A DNA stretch of 64,000 nt from Acidimicrobiia bacterium (lineage in GTDB: Bacteria; Actinomycetota; Acidimicrobiia; Spongiisociales; ZC4RG35): positions 341,863-405,862 of the forward strand of contig OZ244034.1 in the NCBI GenBank assembly GCA_965215185.1, written 5' to 3'. This document shows, piece after piece, positions 39,052 through 48,439 of this stretch (its first letter is position 1; every line of letters begins with the position of its first letter). The position numbers were made by a program, and so were the translations under genes. Under the pieces are notes generated by a model that was not told where the DNA came from, made no database searches, and saw only the letters and a program-made list of their open reading frames with translations.

Positions 39052-40362
39052 ATGATTGATCGCTACACGCTTCCGGAGATGAACAGGCTCTGGTCGCCGG
39101 AACGGCGCCTAGCAGCCTGGAAACAGGTGGAAGAATTGGCCTTGGAGGCTTGGTCTAAATTGGGAGTCGTTCCTGCTGAGGCGGCGGAAGAGATTCGGAG
39201 AACTCCGGTTCCCACCCCCGCCCAAGTGGCGGAGAGGGAGGCGGTAACAGACCATGATCTTGCCGCTTTCGTCGATGTGCTTGCTGCTTCTATGGGGCAG
39301 GGAGGGGAGTGGGTTCACTACGGGTTGACTTCTTCCGATGTGATAGACACCGCCTCCGGGGTGGTTATGGGCGAGGCGGCTCGACTTCTCACCGGTGAGG
39401 TGGAGAAGCTATTCGCGGTGGTTAAGGAGGCGGGCCTGGAGCACCAGGAGACCCTGATTCTGGGTCGAACCCACGGGATGTGGGCTGAACCAACCTCATG
39501 GGGTCTCAAGCTGGCCAGCTGGACGTTCCAACTGGCAAGAGATTATGAACGGCTGCAGGCGGCGGGCGAAGCGGTGGCGGTGGGGAAGGTGAGCGGAGCG
39601 GTGGGAACCTATGCGCAGTGCCCTCCCGCCATCGAGGAGATAGTGTGCCGACGGTTGGGAATCGGCTCCGAGCCGGCTTCCACCCAGGTCACCGCCCGAG
39701 ATCGCCACGCCCAGTTGCTGGGAGCGATCGCCCTGGCCGGAGCTTCCCTGGAACGGTTCGCCACCGAGATACGGCTGCTCCAGCGAAGCGAAGTGCGGGA
39801 AGTGTCGGAAGGTTTTCGCCCGGGCCAGAAGGGTTCATCAGCCATGCCTCACAAACGAAATCCCATCGTCTCTGAGAGAATGGCCGGCATGGCCCGGCTG
39901 CTTAGGGGTTACTCGATGACCGCCTTGGAGAACGTGGCGTTGTGGCATGAGAGGGACATCAGTCATTCATCGGTGGAGAGGATCATCATTCCCGATGCCT
40001 GCACGATCCTCCATTACATGTTGGTGACCTTCACCGGGGTGATGCAACGGTTGGAAGTGGACGCCGTGCGGATGCGGGCCAACCTGGATGCGACCGGCGG
40101 GCTGGTGGTGAGTGGCGCATTGTTGTCCGAACTGATCAGCCAGCAGAGATTGAGCCGCAACGGGGCATACCGGATTGTGCAGCGCCACGCCGCGGCGGTG
40201 CTGGAAAGTGGGGGCAATCTCTGGGAGAAGCTGGCCTCCGACCCCGAGGTGACCATCACGGCCGCTCGGTTGGAAGAGCTTTCCGACCCCAAACGTTTCC
40301 TGATGGAGACACGGGTGGTTTTCGACCGACTACGTAATCTGAACCTCCCGTCTGAGAGCTAG
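39052..40362 (+). CDS. purB: adenylosuccinate lyase
   Basis: 436 aa. 'MIDRYTLPEMNRLWSPE' N-terminus and the fumarate-lyase signature 'GSSAMPHKRNP'. Confidence 0.9.
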   Translation: MIDRYTLPEMNRLWSPERRLAAWKQVEELALEAWSKLGVVPAEAAEEIRRTPVPTPAQVAEREAVTDHDLAAFVDVLAASMGQGGEWVHYGLTSSDVIDTASGVVMGEAARLLTGEVEKLFAVVKEAGLEHQETLILGRTHGMWAEPTSWGLKLASWTFQLARDYERLQAAGEAVAVGKVSGAVGTYAQCPPAIEEIVCRRLGIGSEPASTQVTARDRHAQLLGAIALAGASLERFATEIRLLQRSEVREVSEGFRPGQKGSSAMPHKRNPIVSERMAGMARLLRGYSMTALENVALWHERDISHSSVERIIIPDACTILHYMLVTFTGVMQRLEVDAVRMRANLDATGGLVVSGALLSELISQQRLSRNGAYRIVQRHAAAVLESGGNLWEKLASDPEVTITAARLEELSDPKRFLMETRVVFDRLRNLNLPSES

Positions 40363-40730
40363 CCGGCAAGGGGTCAACGTTGACAGCAGACCCGAGGTTG
40401 GTCGGCAAAGTGGGAAAAGACGGCCCGGTCTGAGTTTGACTCGGCCGCATCTTTGGTCACATGATGTGGGTAGCTGCAAAACCCCTTCGGTGCGGGCATC
40501 GGGCTCACCCGGACCGAAAAGCCCGAAGGCACGCATGCGAGAATATCCACAAGCAGGCGCGGCCCTTCTCGCATCCAATCGGTGGTGGCGGCGGGTCACT
40601 GCCAAGGGCAGTGGGCTTGCCTTATGGCCTGCTAGGGGACTGGCGAGTGTTCAATGCGGGTTCTGCGAAGGCTTCGCGACATTACCGGGTGACTTAGCCC
40701 ATATCCCTGCCAAACCTACCAAGAAGCAGT

Positions 40731-40770
40731 GGTTGGGTTTGGTCGGCGGGAGCGCCGACCAAACCCAACC
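40731..40770 (-). terminator. intrinsic terminator hairpin (18-bp perfect stem, GGAG loop) immediately downstream of the minus-strand OpuAC gene
   Basis: 'ggttgggtttggtcggcg ggag cgccgaccaaacccaacc', 13 nt after the stop of the 40783-41712 gene. The minus-strand tail 'actgcttcttgg' is only moderately U-rich. Confidence 0.55.
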
Positions 40771-40782
40771 TGATAGTGAAAG

Positions 40783-41712
40783 TTATCCTCGTGCTGTTGC
40801 CAGCCAGCTGTCGACTTTGTCGCGGTTGGCGGCGATCCAGGCTTGGGCGTCAGCTTCGATGTCAGCCTCGGTGTAAGCTCCGGCGGCCATTTTGGTGTTT
40901 TGAGCTGCGATGTCACTCAACGGAATTGCCATCACCTCGAGGAGACGGCGGATATCCGGGTTGTCATCCAGGAAGTCGGTGTTGGCCACCGCCCGGATGT
41001 CATTCACGGAGGACTGCAGCCATACCGCATTCTCGCCTGCCACCAAAACGGTGTTTGTCCAGTTGGGCGTCCAAGCGTAGAACAGCGCCGGTTCACCAGC
41101 GGCTACCGTCGCCACAACGCCTCGGGCCAAGTCGTCGTAATCACCAGAGACCTGCTCGACGTTGGCGCCCCAACTGAGATCGGCGATCTGTTGGTTGATG
41201 GAGGTTTCGCATCCCCATCCGACGTTGCATCCGAACAGGTCGGCCTTGCCGTCACCGTCGGTGTCGAAGAGGCCGGCGTTGGCGGCCACGCCATCCATCG
41301 AGGTGATTCCCATTCTGTCAGCCGTGGCCTTGTCGACCATCAAGCCGTCGGTAGCCCCATCATCCACCTGCCAGCCGACAGGTTCGATGGGCAACTCGAC
41401 CGCCTGGCCGGTTACATTTTCTCCTTCCAAGTATATGTCGTGGATGGGGAACCAGCCATTGGCCCACAGGTCGTACTGGCCGGTGGCCAGGGCGGGATAG
41501 AACGAGTAGGGGCTCAGTTCGGCGGCGGCCGGATCGGTCACCTCGTGTCCAAGCTCCTCGATTAGCGCGGCGTAGATGGCGGCCTGCATGTAGCCCGAAC
41601 TCCAGTTGGCCCGAGCGATCTTCACCGGCCCGGCAACTTCGTCGGTGGCGCAAGCCGAAAGCATCAGCACGAAAGCCGCAAGAGCGGCCGTCAATACGTT
41701 CGTTTTCTTCAT
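40783..41712 (-). CDS. glycine betaine/choline-type substrate-binding lipoprotein (OpuAC/ProX family)
   Basis: Signal peptide and lipobox 'LMLSAC'; 'VKIARANWSSGYMQAAIYAALIEELGHEV' and 'DLWANGWFP' are typical OpuAC motifs. Its start overlaps the stop of the BCCT gene by 4 bp. Confidence 0.8.
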   Translation of the reverse strand: MKKTNVLTAALAAFVLMLSACATDEVAGPVKIARANWSSGYMQAAIYAALIEELGHEVTDPAAAELSPYSFYPALATGQYDLWANGWFPIHDIYLEGENVTGQAVELPIEPVGWQVDDGATDGLMVDKATADRMGITSMDGVAANAGLFDTDGDGKADLFGCNVGWGCETSINQQIADLSWGANVEQVSGDYDDLARGVVATVAAGEPALFYAWTPNWTNTVLVAGENAVWLQSSVNDIRAVANTDFLDDNPDIRRLLEVMAIPLSDIAAQNTKMAAGAYTEADIEADAQAWIAANRDKVDSWLATARG

Positions 41713-43481
41713 GACTCTTCACCTCCTACTCCCAGTCTCTCGATCAAGCCGCTGTGCTGGGATTGGAAGATGGCTGCGTCGTAGTGACTCTCTAGGAGGT
41801 CGAGCTCTTCATCGAAGGCCTTCTTGAGGCTATACAACATGATCAAAAGCACGAACAGGAATGGCAGTCCGGTAGCCACAGCCGCCGTTTGGAGCGCCGA
41901 CAGGCCACCTCCTATCAGCAACACGACCGCTACCAGGCCTTCCATCAACGCCCAGGCCACTCTCTGGGGCTTGGGCGAGTCGAGTTTTCCTCCTGAGGTG
42001 AGGTGGTCCACCACCAGAGATCCCGAGTCCGAAGAGGTAACGAAGAACGAAACCAACAGTAAAACGCCGACTATCGAGATGAAGTTGGTCCATGGGAAGG
42101 CCTCCAACATCACGAACAGGGCGGTAGCAACGTTTTCGTTGACCGCAGTAGCAACGTCCAGTTCGCCACGCATTTGCAGATCCATGGCCGCTCCGCCGAA
42201 GACCGCAAACCACAAGAAGCACAGTAGGCAGGGAAGGACCATCACACCGAGGATCATTTCCCGCACCGAGCGCCCCTTAGAGATTCGAGCGATAAACATA
42301 CCGACGAAGGGAGACCAAGAGATCCACCATCCCCAGTAGAAGATGGTCCACCACTGTTGCCATTGGGTATCGACCAAGGCGGCGTTCCAGAACGAAAACT
42401 CCGGGAGCACCTGGATGTAGACACCGATGCTTTCAACATACAGCGAGAGAATCAACAAAGTGGGACCCACCGCGAGCACAAAGACCAAGAACGCCCCGGC
42501 CAGCCACACGTTGATCTGGCTCAGCCTCTTGACCCCGGCGTCCAGGCCCGCCACAACCGAGATGGTTGCCAACCCGGTGATAACGGCGATAAGAACGATC
42601 TGAAAACCGGTGCCCGAAGGGAGACCGAAGAGCTTGTTCAACCCCGCGGCCGCCTGTCCGGCGCCGAACCCCAGTGAGGTGGCAAGACCGAAAAGGGTGG
42701 CCACCACGGTGAGGACGTCGATCGCGTTGCCCCATCCACCGTAGATCCTCTTACCGAGAATCGGATAGAAGACCGAACGGAAAGTCAGTGGCAAGCCTCG
42801 GTTGTAGGCAAAGAACCCCAAAGCCAGTGCTACCAGTCCATACAGCGCCCATCCATGGACCCCCCAATGGAGGTAGGAGGTCGCCAGTGCGGCTCTGGCC
42901 GCGCCAGATGACAAGGGTTCCACGTCGAACAAGGGAGGCGGCGCTGTGAGGTGGAAGATTGGCTCTGCCACACCCCAGAACATCAACCCGATGCCAATAC
43001 CGGCGGAGATCAACATTGCGTACCAAGCGCCCGAGGAAAACTCCGGAAGAGCTCTTGGCCCACCTAATCGAATCTTGCCGTACCTGCCAAACGCAAAGTA
43101 GAGCGCGGCACCGATGAAGATGTTGAATGAGATGATGTACAGCCAACCCACCTTCTCGTTGATGAAGTTGAGAATGGTGCCGAAGACACCACTGGCCTGA
43201 TCTGGGTAGAACAAAGTGGCCAGGATGAAGACCAACATGAATCCGGCAGCGGAGAACGTCACCTGCGGATGAATGTCGAATCCATACTTGACGATGTTCC
43301 TGTCACCGGGCTCGCGATCCGCAACATCTGGATAGAAATCGATGTCGGGGTCGATTTGGAGGCCTTCGAACTGGGCTCGATTACGGATCGCCGCCTCGCG
43401 ACGGCTTTCCTCTTTTTCCTCCCAGTCTTCGTAGGCTTCCGCAACCGTGGTGAGATCAAGATCTTGGTCTTTGTCAGCCAT
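41709..43481 (-). CDS. BCCT-family betaine/carnitine/choline transporter
   Basis: 590 aa with ~12 TM helices. The BCCT signature region 'WTIFYWGWWISWSPFVGMFIARIS' is diagnostic. Confidence 0.85.
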   Translation of the reverse strand: MADKDQDLDLTTVAEAYEDWEEKEESRREAAIRNRAQFEGLQIDPDIDFYPDVADREPGDRNIVKYGFDIHPQVTFSAAGFMLVFILATLFYPDQASGVFGTILNFINEKVGWLYIISFNIFIGAALYFAFGRYGKIRLGGPRALPEFSSGAWYAMLISAGIGIGLMFWGVAEPIFHLTAPPPLFDVEPLSSGAARAALATSYLHWGVHGWALYGLVALALGFFAYNRGLPLTFRSVFYPILGKRIYGGWGNAIDVLTVVATLFGLATSLGFGAGQAAAGLNKLFGLPSGTGFQIVLIAVITGLATISVVAGLDAGVKRLSQINVWLAGAFLVFVLAVGPTLLILSLYVESIGVYIQVLPEFSFWNAALVDTQWQQWWTIFYWGWWISWSPFVGMFIARISKGRSVREMILGVMVLPCLLCFLWFAVFGGAAMDLQMRGELDVATAVNENVATALFVMLEAFPWTNFISIVGVLLLVSFFVTSSDSGSLVVDHLTSGGKLDSPKPQRVAWALMEGLVAVVLLIGGGLSALQTAAVATGLPFLFVLLIMLYSLKKAFDEELDLLESHYDAAIFQSQHSGLIERLGVGGEES

Positions 43482-43663
43482 CGCGGCTCCCTTCTAATCG
43501 CAAATCCATCATCGGCGTCTCCTTTCAGTAGCCCAACAACGGCTGACCGCACTGTTCAGGGGCGGCTTGAGAAAGACCATAGCCAATGACGGCCCGCCGA
43601 ATTGCAAAAACCGCACAAAGTTTCTAACCTTCTCCGGTTTTCTTTTTCCTCCCCCTTCCCATA

Positions 43664-45793
43664 TTGGTTGCTAATCTTCGGTCTACCCCTTACCTCTGGA
43701 TGCCGTCCATGCGCCGAATCGTCTTCACAGCCTTGGGAACACTGACGGTCTCTTGGGCACTGCTCCTGGGGGCTGGCATGGCGATAGGCCAGCCCGAGGA
43801 GGACTCATCCGCAGAACCCACCGTGCGGATAGCGCGCGCCACATGGGACACCGGTTGGTTTCAAGCCGAGGTTTACCGGCTGCTCATCCAACGGCTTGGC
43901 TATCGGGTGGAGGGCCCGTTCACCATGGACAATGACGAGTTCTATGAGGCTTTGGCAGCCGGCGAGGTGGATCTTTGGGCCAACGGGTGGTTCCCAACCC
44001 ACGACTCTCACATTCGGGTGGGAGTGGTGGAAACGGTGGGTACTCAGGTCGATGACGGCGCGCTGCAGGGATACTTTGTCGATAAGGCCACTGCCGAGAC
44101 TCATGGCATCACCAGCCTGGGTGACCTGGCCGCTCCGGAGATTGCCGCCCTGTTCGATCGGGACGCCGACGGCTTGGCCGATCTGATCGGGTGTGAAGTT
44201 TCCTGGGGATGTGCGGCGATCATCGAGCATCACCTTGAGGCATATGGGTTGAAGGAGACCGTCGAACAGGTGCAAGGCGCCTACTCGCCTCTGATAACCG
44301 AGACCATAGACCGCTACCACGCCGGTCAACCGGTCCTCTTCTATACCTGGACCCCTAACTGGACGGTGGGGGAGTTGGAGCCGGGTCGGGAGGTTATCTG
44401 GTTGGAGACGCCGTTCCCTTCCCTTCCCGCCGACCAGATCGCCTTCTTGGACCGGACGGCCATTGCCGGGATTCCCGGATGCGCCAATGATCCGTGTCAG
44501 GTGGGCTGGCCTCCCAATGACATCCGGGTGGTGGCCAACTCCGGTTTTCTGGAGAACAACCCTTCGATTCGGAGGCTGCTGGAACAAGTGGTCATTTCCC
44601 TCCACGACATCTCCGCCCAGAACGCGCTGATGGTTGCCGATGAGGGCGATCCTGAGGACATTCGCCGCCATGCTGAGGAGTGGGTGGCGGCCAATGAAGT
44701 AGTGGTTACTCGCTGGATCGAGACTGCCGACCCCAACGCGGTCGGTTTGCAAAACCTCCAAGGGGACGAGTCGGCGTCGGGAGGGACGTTGAGAGTGGCG
44801 GCGCGCGCCCTCCCGCCTTTCGTTATTTATGAGAATCGGGCGTACAACGGCTTTGAGGTGGAATTGGTGCGCCTTCTTGCTGCCCGGTTGGGCATGGAAG
44901 CCGAGATATATGCGGTGGACACTGTCGCCAAGCAAATTGACGACGTTAACCGCGGTGTAGCCCGAGTGGCGTTGGGAGGGGTGGCCATCACGGAGTCGCG
45001 CGAGCAGGTGGTGGACTTTTCTATGCCGGTTCTCGATACGGGTCTGACCATCTTGGCCCCCACTCACGCCTCACGCGGTCTCGGAGACCGGATCGGGACA
45101 TTCTTCACGGCCATCGTCTCCTCGGACCTGCCCTGGTTGCTAGTGCTCTTCGGGGTGGCAGTCCTGATCTCCGCCCATGTGATCTGGTGGTTGGAACGTA
45201 ACCACAACACCGATTTCGCCGTGCCCTACCGGCAGGGTATCTGGGACTCGTTCTATTGGTCGGTCGTGACCATGAGCACGGTCGGATATGGTGACAAGGT
45301 GGCTCGGGGAAGCATGGGGAGAGTATTCGCCCTAGTATGGATCGCCCTGGGGACGCTGGTGTTCGCCAGCTTCACCGCCTCGATAGCCTCCTCGCTGGCG
45401 GTCAACGAGTTGCGCAGTGAGATCTCCGGACCCCAGGACCTGCCTGGTCACCGAGTGGCGACGGTGACGCGCTCTGCCGGGGAGACCTATCTGTCCACCA
45501 TAGGGGTGGGTTCGGTTCCGGTGGATGATATTGAGCAAGCCTATGGTCTCTTGGCGGAGGGCGATGTTGATGCCATCGTGTTTGATGCTCCGGTTCTCCG
45601 TTTTCACGCCGCTCGGGAGGGGCAAGGTGAAGTGGCCACATTCGGGCCGGCGTTCGAGAAGGTGCAATACGGGCTGGCGGTCAGTGAGGATGACGCCGAG
45701 TTCCGAGAACGGCTCAATCTTGCTCTGTTGGATCTGATCGAAAGTGGCGTCTACGGACAACTCCATGACCGGTGGTTCGGCGCTTTGGGCTGA
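43664..45793 (+). CDS. GluR0-type ionotropic-glutamate-receptor-like ligand-gated K+ channel with an extra N-terminal OpuAC (betaine-binding-like) domain
   Basis: aa ~50-355 are paralogous to the adjacent OpuAC protein ('VRIARATWDTGWFQAEVYRLLIQRLGYRV', 'DLWANGWFP'). aa ~370-470 form SBP_bac_3 lobe 1. Next come M1 'LPWLLVLFGVAVLISAHVIWWL', pore helix + filter 'FYWSVVTMSTVGYGD' (TVGYGD = nt 45278-45295), and M2 'VFALVWIALGTLVFASFTASIASSLAV'. aa ~575-709 form SBP lobe 2. Confidence 0.75.
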   Translation: MVANLRSTPYLWMPSMRRIVFTALGTLTVSWALLLGAGMAIGQPEEDSSAEPTVRIARATWDTGWFQAEVYRLLIQRLGYRVEGPFTMDNDEFYEALAAGEVDLWANGWFPTHDSHIRVGVVETVGTQVDDGALQGYFVDKATAETHGITSLGDLAAPEIAALFDRDADGLADLIGCEVSWGCAAIIEHHLEAYGLKETVEQVQGAYSPLITETIDRYHAGQPVLFYTWTPNWTVGELEPGREVIWLETPFPSLPADQIAFLDRTAIAGIPGCANDPCQVGWPPNDIRVVANSGFLENNPSIRRLLEQVVISLHDISAQNALMVADEGDPEDIRRHAEEWVAANEVVVTRWIETADPNAVGLQNLQGDESASGGTLRVAARALPPFVIYENRAYNGFEVELVRLLAARLGMEAEIYAVDTVAKQIDDVNRGVARVALGGVAITESREQVVDFSMPVLDTGLTILAPTHASRGLGDRIGTFFTAIVSSDLPWLLVLFGVAVLISAHVIWWLERNHNTDFAVPYRQGIWDSFYWSVVTMSTVGYGDKVARGSMGRVFALVWIALGTLVFASFTASIASSLAVNELRSEISGPQDLPGHRVATVTRSAGETYLSTIGVGSVPVDDIEQAYGLLAEGDVDAIVFDAPVLRFHAAREGQGEVATFGPAFEKVQYGLAVSEDDAEFRERLNLALLDLIESGVYGQLHDRWFGALG

Positions 45794-45817
45794 GCCGGTC
45801 ACCGTGGGTCAACGCGG

Positions 45818-46516
45818 TTGCCCCTGACGCGGGCAACTGGTAGCCTTCCCCCTATGTCATGGCGCAAGAAGCCCAAAACTGTTCCCGATAAGAATCAGGC
45901 TCTCCCCGGCAGGCAGACTCCCCTTGCGGTATCCGAATTGCACCATGTCTCCGGAGCGCGGATCGTCGCTCCCTTCCCCGAGGACACCGAAGTCATCTGG
46001 TTCGGCATGGGTTGCTTTTGGGGGGCGGAGCGGATGTTTTGGCAGACCGAGGGGGTGTATTCGACCGCAGCCGGCTACCAAGGGGGGTTGACGCCCAATC
46101 CCACCTATGAAGAGGTTTGTTCGGGCATGACCGGACACACCGAGGTGGTGCAGGTGGTGTTCAGGCCCCTTGATGTCAGTCTCGATCAACTCATGCGGGT
46201 CTTTTGGGAGGGACATGATCCCACCCAGGGGATGAAGCAGGGCAATGATTACGGAACCCAGTATCGCTCCGCGGTTTATGTCAGTAGGGAAGAGCACCTG
46301 CCGGTGGTCTGGGCAAGCCTGGAGGCCTATCAGGCAGAGCTTTATCGCAGCGGCTATGACCAGATAACCACCGAAATCGGTGTGGACAAGCCCTTTTACT
46401 ACGCCGAGGACTACCACCAGCAGTATCTATCCAAGAACCCGTGGGGATACTGCGGAATTGGTGGGACCGGCGTTTCCTACTGCACTCCGGCTCAGGCCCA
46501 GCAACCTACCGGATAA
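45818..46516 (+). CDS. msrA: peptide methionine-S-sulfoxide reductase
   Basis: Active site 'GMGCFWGAE'; the rest matches the MsrA fold. The start may be an internal Met. Confidence 0.85.
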   Translation: MPLTRATGSLPPMSWRKKPKTVPDKNQALPGRQTPLAVSELHHVSGARIVAPFPEDTEVIWFGMGCFWGAERMFWQTEGVYSTAAGYQGGLTPNPTYEEVCSGMTGHTEVVQVVFRPLDVSLDQLMRVFWEGHDPTQGMKQGNDYGTQYRSAVYVSREEHLPVVWASLEAYQAELYRSGYDQITTEIGVDKPFYYAEDYHQQYLSKNPWGYCGIGGTGVSYCTPAQAQQPTG

Positions 46517-46528
46517 ACCGGGCGAGCG

Positions 46529-47674
46529 GTGAAGGAGTCTCTCCGCTCCCAAGTTCCTCCGTTCTACGTGATGGAGGTGATGAAGGCTGCCGCCCGCCGA
46601 GAAGTTGCGGGCGGCGACGTGCTTCATTTGGAGGTGGGCCAGCCTATGACGCCTGCTCCGGCACGGGTATTGGAGGCGGCCCGGAGAGGTTTGACGCACG
46701 ATCGTCTCGGCTACACGGCGGCTACCGGGCTAGTGGCTCTCCGGGAGAGGATCGGGCGTTTTTATGGGGAGCGTTACGGATTGGATGTGTCACACGAACG
46801 GGTGGTGATGACAATTGGCGCCTCCGCCGGTTTTGTCCTGGCTTGCTTGGCGCTGTTCGATCCCGGTGATCGGGTGGCCATGACCGTCCCCGGCTATTCG
46901 GCCTATCGCAATGTTCTCACCGCGTTGGGCCTGGAATTGGTGGAAGTCAGGGTGGATGCCGAAACCCGTTTCGTTCCATCGGTAGATTGCCTGGAGATGG
47001 CCGGTCCCTTGGACGGGTTGGTGGTGGCTAGTCCCTCGAATCCCACCGGAGTAACCTTGACGGGCGCCGAAATGAGGACGGTTGCCGACTTCTGCTCGAA
47101 AACGGGAACGGCATTGATTTGCGATGAGATATATCACGGGATCGAATACGGGGAGAGAGCTGTCAGCGCCCTCGAGTTCAGCGATTCGGCGGTGGTGGTG
47201 CAGAGCTTTTCCAAGTACTTCTCCATGACCGGTTGGCGGTTGGGATGGTTGGTAGTGCCTCCCGAGATGTTCCGATCCCTGGAGCGCCTGGCTCAGAACC
47301 TGTTCATCGCTCCCCCCACCATCTCTCAGTTGGGAGCTTTGGAGGCGTTCGATTGCTCAGAGGAGTTGGATGCCAATGTCGCCGCCTACGGGGAGAGCCG
47401 GAATGTTCTGGTGAAGGGGCTGGCAGAGGCGGGTATCGACCGGATCGCTCCACCGGATGGAGCTTTCTATGTGTATGCCGACATCTCCCACCTGGGCATG
47501 GACTCTCCCACCCTGTGCGCCCGTTGGCTGGAAGAGTTGGGGGTGGCCGCCACCCCCGGCATCGATTTCGACCCCGAATATGGCGATAGCTGGATACGGT
47601 TCTCCTACTCCGAATCCACCGCCGATATAGCCGAGGCGGTTCGTCGCCTGAAGAACTGGGCGGTCGGGCGATAG
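46529..47674 (+). CDS. PLP-dependent aminotransferase, class I/II (aspartate aminotransferase-like)
   Basis: 381 aa. 'SFSKYFSMTGWRLGW' is the PLP-lysine motif (SxSK..G.R.G). Confidence 0.75.
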   Translation: MKESLRSQVPPFYVMEVMKAAARREVAGGDVLHLEVGQPMTPAPARVLEAARRGLTHDRLGYTAATGLVALRERIGRFYGERYGLDVSHERVVMTIGASAGFVLACLALFDPGDRVAMTVPGYSAYRNVLTALGLELVEVRVDAETRFVPSVDCLEMAGPLDGLVVASPSNPTGVTLTGAEMRTVADFCSKTGTALICDEIYHGIEYGERAVSALEFSDSAVVVQSFSKYFSMTGWRLGWLVVPPEMFRSLERLAQNLFIAPPTISQLGALEAFDCSEELDANVAAYGESRNVLVKGLAEAGIDRIAPPDGAFYVYADISHLGMDSPTLCARWLEELGVAATPGIDFDPEYGDSWIRFSYSESTADIAEAVRRLKNWAVGR

Positions 47675-47690
47675 CCGGACGCCGGTAGAG

Positions 47691-48110
47691 TTGGCGGTCG
47701 TGTTGGACCCTGCTGTGTTAGGTATCGGCGGTGGATTTGCCGAGATGGTGGGCTTGGTGCTCGACGAGTTCTCCTCCTCGAGGGTGAGAGGGCATGTTGA
47801 AGTGGGGAAGGAGCATCATCAACCCTTCGGGATGGTGAATGCCGGACTGCACGCCACCATGGTGGAGACCCTTGCTTCAGTTGGCGCTTTCATATGGGCG
47901 CAGGAGCAGGGGATGGCGGCCGCAGTGGGAGTGAACAACGCCACCGATTTCTTCCGTTCTCATCGTTTCGGTCGTCTGGACGGCGAGGCAATACCTGTCC
48001 ATCAGGGTCGCAGCCAACAGATCTGGCAGGTAACCATCACCCGGGCCTCTGATGGGAAAATGGTGGCCCAAGGTCGGCTTCGCCTTCAGAACCTGGGTCA
48101 GGTCCGCTGA
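47691..48110 (+). CDS. PaaI/YdiI-type hotdog-fold thioesterase
   Basis: 139 aa. 'HQPFGMVNAGLHATMVETLASVGA' matches the PaaI-family core 'GxxHGG...E' region. Confidence 0.6.
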   Translation: MAVVLDPAVLGIGGGFAEMVGLVLDEFSSSRVRGHVEVGKEHHQPFGMVNAGLHATMVETLASVGAFIWAQEQGMAAAVGVNNATDFFRSHRFGRLDGEAIPVHQGRSQQIWQVTITRASDGKMVAQGRLRLQNLGQVR

Positions 48111-48439
48111 GTAACACCGCTTTCGTTCAAACGAAGGCGCAGAGAATTAGTTTTGGTTTTTTCGCTGATATGGTGGTCTGCCTTTCGGGGGGAGTGATTT
48201 GGAGGGTGCGTTCGGGGGAATCGCAAATAATTACTTCCGGTTTTCCCCAATTGGGCGAGTGTTGGCTATTACTGTCCGTATATCGGAATGTAATTCCGCT
48301 AATTGGACATTTCGAGCAGAGTGCCCCGGTTGAGCGATATCAGTTGGAGTGTTCTGTTCAATGTTTACAGGGAACTAGAGAAGGTAGTAGCACCCGAGCG
48401 ACCGGCATGGTCGCATGGGTCTGGAAGGAGAAATAATCG
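48111..48439 (+). promoter_or_regulatory. unusually AT-rich ~330-bp leader/intergenic region upstream of the LivJ-like SBP gene
   Basis: Base composition is clearly lower in G+C than the surroundings (e.g. 'aattagttttggttttttcgctgatatgg', 'gtatatcggaatgtaattccgctaattggacatttcg'). An SD 'ggaggag' precedes the ATG at 48440. Confidence 0.4.

Noticed and set aside
40440-40700. GC-rich structured stretch checked for RNase P RNA, tmRNA or SRP RNA
   Set aside because: None of the universal motifs is present: GGAAAGUCCGG/AGGGCAGG for RNase P, the tRNA-like GGGG...UCCACCA ends of tmRNA, and the SRP domain IV GGAA/AGCAGCC.
43482-43663. Possible c-di-AMP (ydaO) riboswitch in the divergent leader of the BCCT/channel genes, as is often found before osmolyte transporters
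   Set aside because: I could not find the paired ACGGGG/CCCGU pseudo-symmetric cores by eye. The region is C/T-rich and unstructured.
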